Shown here in pieces: positions 54,916-64,000 of a stretch of 64,000 nucleotides of DNA. The stretch spans positions 78,560 to 142,559 of the forward strand of contig JACPAV010000019.1 in NCBI GenBank assembly GCA_016180645.1, in the 5' to 3' direction. The notes beneath the pieces were generated by a model, which did no database searches, was not told where the DNA came from, and was given only the letters and a program-made list of their open reading frames with translations. A program made the translations under genes and the position numbers. The DNA is from Nitrospirota bacterium (lineage in GTDB: Bacteria; JACPQY01). How positions within the stretch are numbered: position 1 is the stretch's first letter; every line of letters begins with the position of its first letter.

Positions 54916-56169
54916 TTGACCTCCCGTCGCGCCCTCTTCACGGTATTCATCCTTGCCGTGGGTCTCACCATGGCGCTCACTCCCGCGTGGATCGGTCCCT
55001 CCTTCCTCCGCGCGAAGGAAGACGACCACTACCAGAAACTCAAGATCTTCTCCGAAGCCCTCGACTATGTGGAGAAGAACTACGTCGAGGAAGTCGAGTT
55101 CGACAAACTCGTGGGCGGCGCCATCGACGGCATGCTCCGTTCCCTCGATCCCCACAGCTCCTTCATGAGCAAGGACATGTACCAGGAGATGCAGATTGAA
55201 ACATCCGGCCAGTTCGGGGGACTCGGTATGGAAATCACCATGCGCGACGGCATCCTCACGGTCGTTTCACCCATCGAGGAAACACCCGCCTTCCGGGCCG
55301 GAATCCAGGCCGGCGATCGAATCCTGCTCATCGATAATGAGTCGACGGCCCAAATGAGCCTCATGGACGCGCTGAGAAAGTTGAGAGGGCCAAAAGGGGC
55401 AAAAGTCTCCCTCAGCATCATCCGAGAGGGCGTCGATGAGCCCAAGGCGTATACGCTCACCCGGGACATCATCAAAATCCAGAGCGTGAAATGGGCCGAC
55501 CTCAACGACGGATACGGGTACCTCCGGGTTCGTTCTTTTCAGGAGGGCACGAGCAAGGAAATCGAGGCCGCACTGACCAAAATCGAGAAGAGTCCCACTC
55601 CACTGAGGGGCGTCATTCTCGATTTGCGCAACAATCCCGGCGGCCTGCTTGAGGAGGCGGTGAACGTCAGCGACCTGTTCCTTGAGGCCGGGGACATCGT
55701 GACGATCAAAGGGAGGCGCGTCGCCAAGAAGACGTACACGGCTAAGAACGACGGCAAGCATCCCGCCTTCCTCATGATCGTTCTCGTCAACAAGGGCTCC
55801 GCCAGCGCCTCGGAGATCGTGGCTTCCGCCCTGAGGGAGAACAACCGTGCCCTGCTTCTGGGGGCTCAGACCTTCGGGAAAGGCTCGGTACAGACCATCG
55901 TCCCCTTGGAAGACGGTTCCGCCATCCGCGTCACCACCGCCTTGTATTACACGCCCAAAGAACACTCGCTCCAGAACAAAGGGGTGATCCCGGACATTCA
56001 GGTGGACGAAAAGGAGCTGTATGCGAAGGCCGCCGGGGCCGATGGCAAGGGGCAGGATCAGGACGTCGTCCGCGCTTACGATCCCGCGCACGACCCGGTC
56101 GTGGGCAGGGCTCTGGAGCTCATCAAGAGCTGGGAGATCTTTTCAGCCGCTCTGAAGAAAGACAGTTGA
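54916..56169 (+). CDS. ctpA: S41 carboxyl-terminal processing protease
   Basis: LDPHS, GGLG PDZ, DLRNNPGGLL, SASASEIV, TFGKGSVQ, YYTP. Confidence 0.92.
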   Translation: MTSRRALFTVFILAVGLTMALTPAWIGPSFLRAKEDDHYQKLKIFSEALDYVEKNYVEEVEFDKLVGGAIDGMLRSLDPHSSFMSKDMYQEMQIETSGQFGGLGMEITMRDGILTVVSPIEETPAFRAGIQAGDRILLIDNESTAQMSLMDALRKLRGPKGAKVSLSIIREGVDEPKAYTLTRDIIKIQSVKWADLNDGYGYLRVRSFQEGTSKEIEAALTKIEKSPTPLRGVILDLRNNPGGLLEEAVNVSDLFLEAGDIVTIKGRRVAKKTYTAKNDGKHPAFLMIVLVNKGSASASEIVASALRENNRALLLGAQTFGKGSVQTIVPLEDGSAIRVTTALYYTPKEHSLQNKGVIPDIQVDEKELYAKAAGADGKGQDQDVVRAYDPAHDPVVGRALELIKSWEIFSAALKKDS

Positions 56170-56198
56170 CCCCACCACCTGGAACGCCGCGCGAAGCG

Positions 56199-56258
56199 TG
56201 CAGGGGAGCAGCTTTAGCTGCTCCCAAGCAGGGAGGACCTGAAGGTCCTCCCCTACAG
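56199..56258. repeat. GTAG-type REP doublet
   Basis: GCAGGGGAGCAGCTTTAGCTGCTCCC...GGGAGGACCTGAAGGTCCTCCCCTAC; similar to 47258-47318. Confidence 0.75.
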
Positions 56259-56306
56259 CAGGTGAGTATTGGGACGCACTCGGATCCCAACCCCCGGAGG
56301 GGCCCG

Positions 56307-57197
56307 ATGACCGGCGGAAAGCCGATTCTCGCGCTGGGCATCATTATCGGGATCGCCGCGGGTGCCATTGGGGCACTGGCCCTCCATCGTCTTCTCGAAC
56401 AACGGGAAGATCCCATCTCGGATTTCTCCTACCTGTTCGATCAGGATGAAGGGCCGCAGAGCACCGAGCTTCTGTTCGAGGGGTTCCAGGCGAGAGCCGA
56501 GACATGGTCCGCCCGCGCACCGAAGCCCGGATGGGCTTCCCCGCCTCTCCTTCGCCTCGTCGTCGATGACGTCGGTTACAACATCGATGCCGTTGATGTG
56601 CTCCTGAGCGCTTCCAATCAGATAACTCTGGCCGTCCTGCCCAATGCCCCGTTCCGTTCGGCGGCCGTCGATCGCGCCACCCGCGCGGGCGCATCCGTTC
56701 TCCTCCATATGCCCATGGAGGCCCATGATCGTTCGAAAAACCGCGAGCGGCCCATGCTCCTGACCTCCATGGAGGACCATGTGTTGGCCTCCGTTCTGGA
56801 GAAGTCCATCGCCGATCTCGGTCCGATCCAGGGTGTGTCCAACCACATGGGGTCACGCTTCACGGAAAACCGCCGGTCCCTGTCCCCCGTCATGGATGTC
56901 ATCTATGCCCATCAGTTCTACTTCCTGGACAGTGTCACCTCGTCGCGAACCATCGCCTTCCAGGCGGCCCGCGCCCGGGGCATTCCTGCGGCCGCACGCG
57001 ACATCTTCCTGGACGCCGATCACACCCCCGACGGCGTGCGCCGCGCATGGTCGGTGGCCATGCGAATTGCCCAGATCAAGGGAGATACCGTGGCCATCTA
57101 TCATCCCCATCCGGCCACCCTCCACACGATGGCTCAGCTTCTCCGCCAATCTTCATCTCAAGTATCATATGCTCTTATTACGCCAACTCCTCATTAG
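56307..57197 (+). CDS. Divergent polysaccharide deacetylase family protein (YibQ-like)
   Basis: VVDDVG, AVLP, LLHMPME, SNHMGSRFT, FLDSVT, RDIFLD; RBS GGAGG before ATG 56307 (frame open from TTG 56166). Confidence 0.85.
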   Translation: MTGGKPILALGIIIGIAAGAIGALALHRLLEQREDPISDFSYLFDQDEGPQSTELLFEGFQARAETWSARAPKPGWASPPLLRLVVDDVGYNIDAVDVLLSASNQITLAVLPNAPFRSAAVDRATRAGASVLLHMPMEAHDRSKNRERPMLLTSMEDHVLASVLEKSIADLGPIQGVSNHMGSRFTENRRSLSPVMDVIYAHQFYFLDSVTSSRTIAFQAARARGIPAAARDIFLDADHTPDGVRRAWSVAMRIAQIKGDTVAIYHPHPATLHTMAQLLRQSSSQVSYALITPTPH

Positions 57198-58110
57198 TTC
57201 GTCGTTAACCGTCATCCTATTCGCCGGTTGTACAACCCACGGCCCGGGCAAGGACCGCTCACAGGAAGCCCTCGCGTGGGTCAACGACCAACCCATCCTG
57301 AAGCAACGCCTGATCCACGAGGTGGCTCAGGCGGGATTCAGGTCCCCCGACGAAATCGAAAAGATTCTTCGAAACCAAGCCTACGTCAACCAAGTCATCG
57401 CGAACCTGATCACCGAGGAGTTGCTCTATCAGGAGGCCGTGCGTCGATCGATTCGCCCCACACCCACCATGCCGCAATTGGCCGCTCAGGCGGACGCCTC
57501 AAAGGCGGCCCGGCCGAACGGGAATTCCCCGCCAACCCAGGCGAAGGGAAAAAAACGAGCCCCCAAGGGAGAGGAGGACGAGGTCAACATGCGGCGGCGG
57601 CTCATCGCCGCCCTCGTCGAGCAGGCTGTCGATCCGAAGATCCTCGTCTCGGACGGTGAGATCTACGCGAATTACACCGAGCACCTCGATGAATTTCGCC
57701 GCCCCGGCACCGTGCGGGCCCGGCAAATCCTCGTCTCTACACGCGAAGAGGCCCTGGAAATTCTCCAGACTCTGAAGTCCGGAATGGATTTCGCATCCGT
57801 CGCCCGCGAGAGGTCCATCTCCCCGGACGCGGAAACGGGCGGCGACCTCGGCTACTTCAGCGCGGATGAGACGCAGCCCGAAATTGCCCGGGCCTGCTTC
57901 GATCTCCCCGTCGGTGGAATCAGTCGCGAGGTGGAGTCCCCGTACGGATTCCATCTCTTCCAGGTGGTGGATAAAGTGCCTCCTCGAACTCTTCCCCTCG
58001 ATGAGGTTCGCGAATCCATCACAACCCGCCTCCGGAAGCAGAAGCGGGAAACCATCTACCGAAACTGGCTGTCCGATCTGAGGAAAAAGGCGAAGATTAC
58101 GCTGAAGTAG
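57169..58110 (+). CDS. Parvulin-type peptidyl-prolyl isomerase lipoprotein (SurA/PrsA-like)
   Basis: Lipobox LFAGC; VRARQILV, FASVARERS, GGDLGYF, ESPYGFHLF. Confidence 0.88.
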   Translation: MLLLRQLLISSSLTVILFAGCTTHGPGKDRSQEALAWVNDQPILKQRLIHEVAQAGFRSPDEIEKILRNQAYVNQVIANLITEELLYQEAVRRSIRPTPTMPQLAAQADASKAARPNGNSPPTQAKGKKRAPKGEEDEVNMRRRLIAALVEQAVDPKILVSDGEIYANYTEHLDEFRRPGTVRARQILVSTREEALEILQTLKSGMDFASVARERSISPDAETGGDLGYFSADETQPEIARACFDLPVGGISREVESPYGFHLFQVVDKVPPRTLPLDEVRESITTRLRKQKRETIYRNWLSDLRKKAKITLK

Positions 58111-58126
58111 ACCGCCTCCCGAGCTT

Positions 58127-58196
58127 CGCGCAGCCTGAAGGCCGCGGCTACCGGATGGGGAGAGGATCCTTGGTAGGCGCACCCTTTAGGGTGCGT
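58127..58196. repeat. GTAG-type REP doublet between convergent genes
   Basis: CGCAGCCTGAAGGCCGCGGCTACC ... GGTAGGCGCACCCTTTAGGGTGCG. Confidence 0.75.
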
Positions 58197-58210
58197 CTTG
58201 GGATAATGCC

Positions 58211-60520
58211 CTAACGCGGCGGAACCGCCCCCTGCGTCTCCGGAATGATCCCTTCCGCCTTCATCTTTTCCACGAACCGCGCCGCGCGGTTGTATCCGAT
58301 CCGGAGTCTCCGCTGAATAAATGAGGTCGAAACGTATCCGGCCTCCTTTACGATCTGCACCGCCCGCTCGTAAAGCTCCACGTCCTTGTCGTCCAAATCG
58401 TCCTCAAACATTTCCTCCTCATCCGCGGCCGGCCCGAACGATTCGGTAATGTACTGCGGCTCGCCCTGCTTCTTGAGAAAATGAGTGACTTCCTTGATTT
58501 CCTTGTCCGTTACGAGGGCGCCGTGGATACGGTGGACCTTCCCCCCCGTGGGCGGCTGATAGAGCATGTCGCCATGCCCCAGAAGATGCTCCGCGCCGCC
58601 CGAATCCATGATGGTCCGCGCATCCACCCGCGAGGTCACCTGAAAAGCAATGCGAGACGTGAAGTTGTTTTTGATGACCCCGGTGATGACGTCCACCGAT
58701 GGACGTTGTGTAGCCACAATGAGATGAATGCCGGCCGCCCTCGACATCTGGGCCAGCCTTCCGATGCAATCTTCCACATCCTTCGCCGCGACAGCCATCA
58801 AGTCGGCCAGTTCGTCCACCAGGACGACAATGAACGGCAGGGGCTCAGGCTGCGCCGCGCCGTCCAGCTCCAACGACAACTGCTTGCCGCCTTTCCGGAC
58901 CTTCTGGTTGTACGCCTCCAGATTCCGAACGCCCAGCTTTGCCAACAGGATGTACCGGCGCTCCATTTCGCGCACGGCCCACATCAATGCGAATTTCGCC
59001 CGCTTGGGCTCCGTGACCACCGGCGCCACAAGATGCGGGATTCCGTTGTAGCAGGAGAATTCCAACACTTTCGGATCGATCAGAAGCAGCCGCAAATCCT
59101 CCGGCGTCGCCTTGGCCAGCATGCTGAGAATCATGACGTTCAGGGAAACGCTCTTGCCTGCGCCCGTGGCTCCGGCCACGAGGAGATGCGGCATCTTCGC
59201 CAGATCCGCAACAAAAGGCTCGCCCACAATGTCCTTCCCGAGGGCCATCGTCATCGGGGAGGAGGCATTCTTGAACGCCTCCGACTCCAACATTTCACGC
59301 AGGTACACCGTCTGCCTCTGATGATTCGGGACCTCGATGCCGACGACGCCTTTCCCCGGTATCGGCGCCACGATGCGCACGTTCCCGCCACGAAGCGCCA
59401 AGGCAAGATCGTCCGCCAGCGCGGCAATTTGCGAAATCTTCACCCCCGGAGCCGGCTCGAATTCGTACATGGAAATAACGGGCCCCGGCTCGACGTGGAC
59501 CACTCTGCCCTTGACCCCAAAATCCCTCAGTTTGTCCTCCAACAACTTCGAACTGGCCTCCAGAACCTTGGTGTCCACCTTCGCGGCATCGCCTCCGGGA
59601 GGCTCCAACAACTCCACCGGAGGCGCGGCATAGTTCCGGGCGACGGCCAAGCGCAGATGCTTCCTCTGCTTTGCGGGCTTCGGTTCCTCCCCGTCAACCT
59701 CCTCGCCTTCCGAATCGAAAGAAGATCCGCCCTCAACCGTGGGTTCTTCTCCTTCCATCGCGGACTCCTGCGCGACCGGCTCCCCTTCGGGGACGGCGTC
59801 TACGGTGGGCGACAGAGCGCCCTCCGGCTGAGCCAGAAGCTCCGTCGGCAGCTTGATGGACGGTCCCTGGGTCTTTTTCATCACCCCTCGCAGGGACCGC
59901 AGACCTTCCCACAGACGCCCCCCCACGGGCCTCGCCCCCTTCAACGCGCCGATCAGCATCACCACCGGGGAAACGCGCAAGTTCATCATCAGCGTCAGGG
60001 AACCGAGAAAAACGGTCAGCAGGATCGTCCCTGCCCGGTTGAGATAGTGTTCGAAAAATCGGCCCAGTCCATAGCCCAGCAATCCGGCGGGGAGGTCCAT
60101 CCCCAGGAAAGGCGTTTTCAAGAGGGGCGTCATCAGATAGAGGCCCAGTGACAGCGAAAGAACCAGAAGCGTCAGCCCCCCCAAGGAGCCCGCCTGTGCC
60201 CGAAAACTGGAATTCAATACGAGCCGCAGGCCGCTCGTCACCAGCATGAGCGGGAGGATGTACGAAGACAGTCCGAAAAACTGCGCCAGAAGGTCCGCCC
60301 ACGTCGCACCGACGATCCCCCCCCAGTTCAAGGCCTGCTCACGAAGAAATACCGGTGTGCTGGAGGAGAACGCAAACAACGAAGGGTCATAAGAGTCGTA
60401 GGAGGCCAACGCGATCAGAGTAAACGCTCCCGTGAGTATAAGGCCGACGCCCAGGATATTGCGCCGCAAGTCGAAGCCGCCCTCGGCGGCCCTTTTCTTC
60501 TTTGACCGATCCTCGCTCAT
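58211..60520 (-). CDS. ftsK: DNA translocase FtsK
   Basis: N-terminal TM domain; MPHLLVAGATGAGKSV, DPKVLE, VDELADLM, ATQRPSVDVITG; gamma domain QRRLRIGYNRAAR. Confidence 0.96.
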   Translation of the reverse strand: MSEDRSKKKRAAEGGFDLRRNILGVGLILTGAFTLIALASYDSYDPSLFAFSSSTPVFLREQALNWGGIVGATWADLLAQFFGLSSYILPLMLVTSGLRLVLNSSFRAQAGSLGGLTLLVLSLSLGLYLMTPLLKTPFLGMDLPAGLLGYGLGRFFEHYLNRAGTILLTVFLGSLTLMMNLRVSPVVMLIGALKGARPVGGRLWEGLRSLRGVMKKTQGPSIKLPTELLAQPEGALSPTVDAVPEGEPVAQESAMEGEEPTVEGGSSFDSEGEEVDGEEPKPAKQRKHLRLAVARNYAAPPVELLEPPGGDAAKVDTKVLEASSKLLEDKLRDFGVKGRVVHVEPGPVISMYEFEPAPGVKISQIAALADDLALALRGGNVRIVAPIPGKGVVGIEVPNHQRQTVYLREMLESEAFKNASSPMTMALGKDIVGEPFVADLAKMPHLLVAGATGAGKSVSLNVMILSMLAKATPEDLRLLLIDPKVLEFSCYNGIPHLVAPVVTEPKRAKFALMWAVREMERRYILLAKLGVRNLEAYNQKVRKGGKQLSLELDGAAQPEPLPFIVVLVDELADLMAVAAKDVEDCIGRLAQMSRAAGIHLIVATQRPSVDVITGVIKNNFTSRIAFQVTSRVDARTIMDSGGAEHLLGHGDMLYQPPTGGKVHRIHGALVTDKEIKEVTHFLKKQGEPQYITESFGPAADEEEMFEDDLDDKDVELYERAVQIVKEAGYVSTSFIQRRLRIGYNRAARFVEKMKAEGIIPETQGAVPPR

Positions 60521-61317
60521 GACGGCGAAAACGAATAATCCCAAATCAGGACGGCGGGAACGAGCGCCCACAGGTAGTAGCTGAACGCCTTCAATCGAGC
60601 GCGATGCGCGATCGCGTAAACCATCGCAATGCTCCCCACTCCAACCACAAACGCGGCCGTGGCCCCGGCCGCGTATACCGTTCCCTGTCCGGATCGGAAA
60701 ACCGCGGCGAGGCTGGATGCGTGAAACACGTTGGCCCCCAGAATCGCGGGAATTGCCAGAAGAAAGGAAAAACTGACCGCCAAATCCGCTTCCAGTCCGA
60801 GGAGCAGTCCCGAAGCCAGCGTCATCCCCGAGCGCGACACACCCGGCAACAGGGCTACGGCCTGCGCCGTCCCGATGATCATGCTGTCCATCCACCTGAC
60901 TTCAATTCGTCCGGCTTGAAGTTGCCGGCGATCGGCCAAAAACAGGACAGCTCCGGTGAATACGAATCCCCCCAGGACAACGCCCAGCGAGCTGAAAGCC
61001 GCCTCCACGCGTTCCCCCCACAGGAGGAACACAACTCCCGCCGGCACACACCCCAGGGCCAATTTCGCGCCGAACGTCCATCCCTGTTGCATGAACGCTT
61101 TGGAGCGCCTCCAACTGAAGATTCCGAAAAAGAGTAGGAGAGACAGAAGCGTGCCCAGATGGAGAAGGACCTCAAACTCGATCCCCCCGGATCCCCGTGA
61201 GAGGAAAAACAGTCGCTCCACCACCACGAGATGGCCGCTGCTGGAGACAGGGAGGAATTCGGTCAGGCCCTGGACTGCGCCCAACCAGACCGATTGAGAG
61301 TATGACATCACGTCCAT
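60517..61317 (-). CDS. uppP: Undecaprenyl-diphosphate phosphatase
   Basis: VQGLTEFLPVSSSGHL, LHLGTL, QAVALLPGVSRSGMT, FSFLLAIP. Confidence 0.94.
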   Translation of the reverse strand: MDVMSYSQSVWLGAVQGLTEFLPVSSSGHLVVVERLFFLSRGSGGIEFEVLLHLGTLLSLLLFFGIFSWRRSKAFMQQGWTFGAKLALGCVPAGVVFLLWGERVEAAFSSLGVVLGGFVFTGAVLFLADRRQLQAGRIEVRWMDSMIIGTAQAVALLPGVSRSGMTLASGLLLGLEADLAVSFSFLLAIPAILGANVFHASSLAAVFRSGQGTVYAAGATAAFVVGVGSIAMVYAIAHRARLKAFSYYLWALVPAVLIWDYSFSPS

Positions 61318-61358
61318 GATGATACGGTGTTCTTCCTTAGTGCGCCCTCTGGGAGAAG

Positions 61359-61387
61359 AGTGTACCACACCCCCCCCGGAGCGTCAA
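61359..61387 (-). promoter_or_regulatory. Sigma70-type promoter for uppP-ftsK
   Basis: Minus strand TTGACG-17 bp-TACACT with an extended -10 TG. Confidence 0.65.
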
Positions 61388-61403
61388 ATAAATTTCGCTT
61401 TGA

Positions 61404-62708
61404 TTACCCGAAGAAGATCGACTTGCGGCGCTGGAGACGGTAGATGATCATGTTCTGGATCGCCGCGCGGACGCGCTCACTCTGGCGGTTCACAAACAGG
61501 TCATCGTCCACTGAGGCCTTTCCCCCGCTTGTCACGTCCACCTCCTCGCCGAAATCGATGGTCCACTTCGTGGGAAGCGGCACCAGGCCCAGTACGCCCA
61601 GCCACGGGAACGTGATCGTGATCGGGAAATACGGCACCCGCAGCAGCTTGGCCATGAAAGTCGACTTCGTGATGATCGGCGCCGTTTCCTCCGCGCCCAC
61701 GACCGAAACGGGGAGGATCGGCGCGCGCGAGCGAATGCACAACTTGATGAATCCGCCGCGCCCGAATCGGGCGAGCTGGTACCGGTGCTTGTACGGTTTG
61801 CCGAGGCCCTTTACGCCCTCCGGATAGACCGCCACGAGTTGGTCGTGCTCCAGGAGCCGTTGAGCGTTTTCTTGACAAGCCCTCACGCCTCCAAACCGCG
61901 TAATGCCCGAACTCACGAATGGAAAATAGAATACGAAATCCTCGACGAGGAACCTCACCTCGCGCTGGGCCGGATGTTCCTTCCGGACGGCCAGCTTGGT
62001 CATCGCGCCGTCGAAGGGAAGCGTGCCCGAGTGGTTCGACACGAGCAGCGCGCGGCCCGTGCTCGGTATGTTCTTCACTCCGAAGGAATCGATCCGCCAC
62101 CACCGATGGTAGAAGAAGTCCAGAACCGGCATCGCCAGATCCTCGAACACCGGATCCATGCCGAATTCATCCACCTCCTCGGAACGACCGATCATGCGCG
62201 CCTCGCGAAGGAACTGGCGCGCCGCGGAGAAAAGGTTGAATCGCGCCCCCTTGCGCGCCACGGAGATGATGCCATCCAGGAATCCCAGCCGCTTCTTGCG
62301 ATCGCTCACCGGCTCCTGTTTCAATGTCCCCCGAACTTCCTCCGCGAGACGGTCCACCCGCTGCCGTACTTCCTTCTCCTTCTCCTGGACCTCCTCCTCC
62401 CAGCGGTGCCCATCCATCGCTTTCCGGAGCTGGCTCTCCAACCGGCCAAGGCGATTCAGAACATCCTGCTCGACCGTTTTCAGCTTCTGATCGAGCTTCC
62501 GGTCGATGACCTCGACGACTTTCTCGCCCTCCACCAAGGGCTCCAGCGAAAAGGAAGCGACGCCTGCCCTACCGGCGGCCGCGTTGCGGCCGTGCCCGTC
62601 GGACTTGTGCAACGGGCCTGCTCTCCGCCGAAACTCACGAATCGACTCCAGCGGACGTGCCGGTTCCGCCTGCACGGTCCCACGCCTCGCCCCTTCCGCT
62701 CGCGCCAT
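61404..62708 (-). CDS. Lysophospholipid acyltransferase family protein with N-terminal coiled coil
   Basis: DEFGMDP, ALLVSNHSGTLPFDG, VYPEG, FGRGGF, VVGAEE. Start uncertain. Confidence 0.85.
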   Translation of the reverse strand: MARAEGARRGTVQAEPARPLESIREFRRRAGPLHKSDGHGRNAAAGRAGVASFSLEPLVEGEKVVEVIDRKLDQKLKTVEQDVLNRLGRLESQLRKAMDGHRWEEEVQEKEKEVRQRVDRLAEEVRGTLKQEPVSDRKKRLGFLDGIISVARKGARFNLFSAARQFLREARMIGRSEEVDEFGMDPVFEDLAMPVLDFFYHRWWRIDSFGVKNIPSTGRALLVSNHSGTLPFDGAMTKLAVRKEHPAQREVRFLVEDFVFYFPFVSSGITRFGGVRACQENAQRLLEHDQLVAVYPEGVKGLGKPYKHRYQLARFGRGGFIKLCIRSRAPILPVSVVGAEETAPIITKSTFMAKLLRVPYFPITITFPWLGVLGLVPLPTKWTIDFGEEVDVTSGGKASVDDDLFVNRQSERVRAAIQNMIIYRLQRRKSIFFG

Positions 62709-62716
62709 GGATGGAG

Positions 62717-63748
62717 CTACTGGACCAGGTGGACGCGCCGAAGACGCTCGACACCCGCAAAAGCGAGCGCGGCGTCCTTGGTGGAGTACTTGGGAACAAA
62801 CGACAATTTCTCCTCCGCCTTCGCGCCATCCGCCACACAGAGGTATCGATGATAATCGAGATGTTGGGCGGGAATGTCGGACATCCCGGAGATCCAAAGC
62901 GTATTGACCAGCGGATAGGCGGCGAAGTGGCTCACCGGAAAGTTGACCCGGCCCAGAAGCCGGATCACCGTCGACAAGGGCAGCACACCCTTACCCACAA
63001 TGTTGTAGATGCCCGGCGCATCGATATCCACCACTCGGTTGAAGGCCTCGATCACATCCTCCTCGTGCACAAACTGCATAAGCGGGTCATAGCCGAGAAG
63101 CGTCATGATCACGAGACGCCGATAGTACTGCGTGATGAAATACTTGATCGTCGGCCCAAGGATCGGACAGTTGCGGAGGATCGTGACGCATTTGGAGGGG
63201 TTTTTCCGGACGAAGCGCGCCACCTGGCGCTCGACGTCCACCTTGTCCGACACGAACCTGTACCCCGGATTCGCTTGAAGCGGATGTTCTTCCGTCAGGT
63301 AGTTGGGATTCTTGGGATGGGCGCCGTACGCGAGGGTGCTGCCGCCCACGATCAGCTTCTCCACACCCTTCACCGCCGAACACGCGTGAAGGACATACAT
63401 CGTGCCCACGCTCTCCAGTTCGTGACCGTAGGCCGTATTGTGCGCGGGGCTTCCCAGGAACGCCAGATGGACGAAGGTGTCGGCCCTCTCTTCCTCGAGG
63501 ATCTCCGCCAACTTCGCGTCGGCCAGCGGCTCCGTCAGGTCCACCTTGTGGTAGCGCGCCTTCACACTCGTGGAGGGTGCGGGTTGCACATCGATCGCCA
63601 CAATGCGTGAAATTGAGGGGTCAAGGTTGAGCCTCTGAAACAGGTTGGAGCCGATGAAGCCGTTGACTCCGGTGATCGCAACGACGCGGTTCCTGTGTTT
63701 CCTGCTCCGACCGGCGAGCTTGTGCTTCGCCTTGTGCGACTGATCCAT
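62717..63748 (-). CDS. NAD-dependent epimerase/dehydratase family protein
   Basis: AITGVNGFIG, VHLAF, STLAYGAHPKNP, LGYDPLMQFVHEED; ATG 63748 chosen. Confidence 0.85.
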   Translation of the reverse strand: MDQSHKAKHKLAGRSRKHRNRVVAITGVNGFIGSNLFQRLNLDPSISRIVAIDVQPAPSTSVKARYHKVDLTEPLADAKLAEILEEERADTFVHLAFLGSPAHNTAYGHELESVGTMYVLHACSAVKGVEKLIVGGSTLAYGAHPKNPNYLTEEHPLQANPGYRFVSDKVDVERQVARFVRKNPSKCVTILRNCPILGPTIKYFITQYYRRLVIMTLLGYDPLMQFVHEEDVIEAFNRVVDIDAPGIYNIVGKGVLPLSTVIRLLGRVNFPVSHFAAYPLVNTLWISGMSDIPAQHLDYHRYLCVADGAKAEEKLSFVPKYSTKDAALAFAGVERLRRVHLVQ

Positions 63749-63907
63749 GGAAGTGAGTTTCTCCGTCCCTCTTGTTGACGAACCTGTTCCCAGCCTTTCT
63801 TTCCAGCTATCAGGTTTGTAACGGTCCGTCAAATCGAGCCGTTCAGACCGGAACGTGGCGGCACGTCGGACCCCTTCACCCTCCGCAGGACCGTGTCTGC
63901 CCATTCC

Positions 63908-64000
63908 GGTAGGCGCGGGCTTCACGCCCCGTGCCACGGATGGTACGGGGCCATGCGATGCCGTGCGACATGCGGCCCATCCGTGGGCCGCTTCCGCTCA
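63908..64000. repeat. GTAG REP with the nested module in reverse orientation (truncated by window end)
   Basis: GGTAGGCGCGGGCTTCACGCC followed by CCGTGCCACGGATGGTACGGGGCCATG, the reverse complement of the module end. Confidence 0.7.

Overview
High-GC bacterial chromosomal segment. The gene content and order (rho-rpmE-prfA-prmC-murA-hisGDBH; ftsEX-envC-ctpA-yibQ; pilT; ftsK) suggest a diderm, deltaproteobacteria-like or related lineage; this is inference only. Most of the window is housekeeping: prfB with its +1 frameshift, fatty-acid catabolism, suhB, larE/larB, a his cluster, GDP-mannose genes, serS, tRNA-fMet, tRNA-Cys, pabB/pabC, fadD, rlmN, split transketolase, ftsK and uppP. There are three accessory envelope loci. 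(1) 23.3-31.6 kb, bounded by two palindromes: a ~1925-aa multi-Ig/beta-propeller surface protein with a G14 tract in its leader, followed by a GT-C glycosyltransferase-TPR fusion. It lies next to GDP-mannose genes and downstream of an NtrC-type regulator that has lost most of its AAA+ domain. (2) A lipoprotein whose termini carry the two halves of a BACON-like Ig domain in swapped order, next to an outer-membrane barrel. (3) A Cys/Thr-rich lipoprotein coupled to a FadL/PorV/TraF-like barrel. Intergenic DNA is rich in small repeats: several REP-like families, a ~68-bp hairpin module inserted into two unrelated repeat families, 7/8-bp periodic tracts (including inverted arrays around a four-helix-bundle gene and tracts inside coding sequence), and insertions that preserve translational coupling via micro-ORFs. 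No CRISPR array, transposase, integrase, reverse transcriptase or rRNA was seen. All calls are by eye from motifs; no searches were run.
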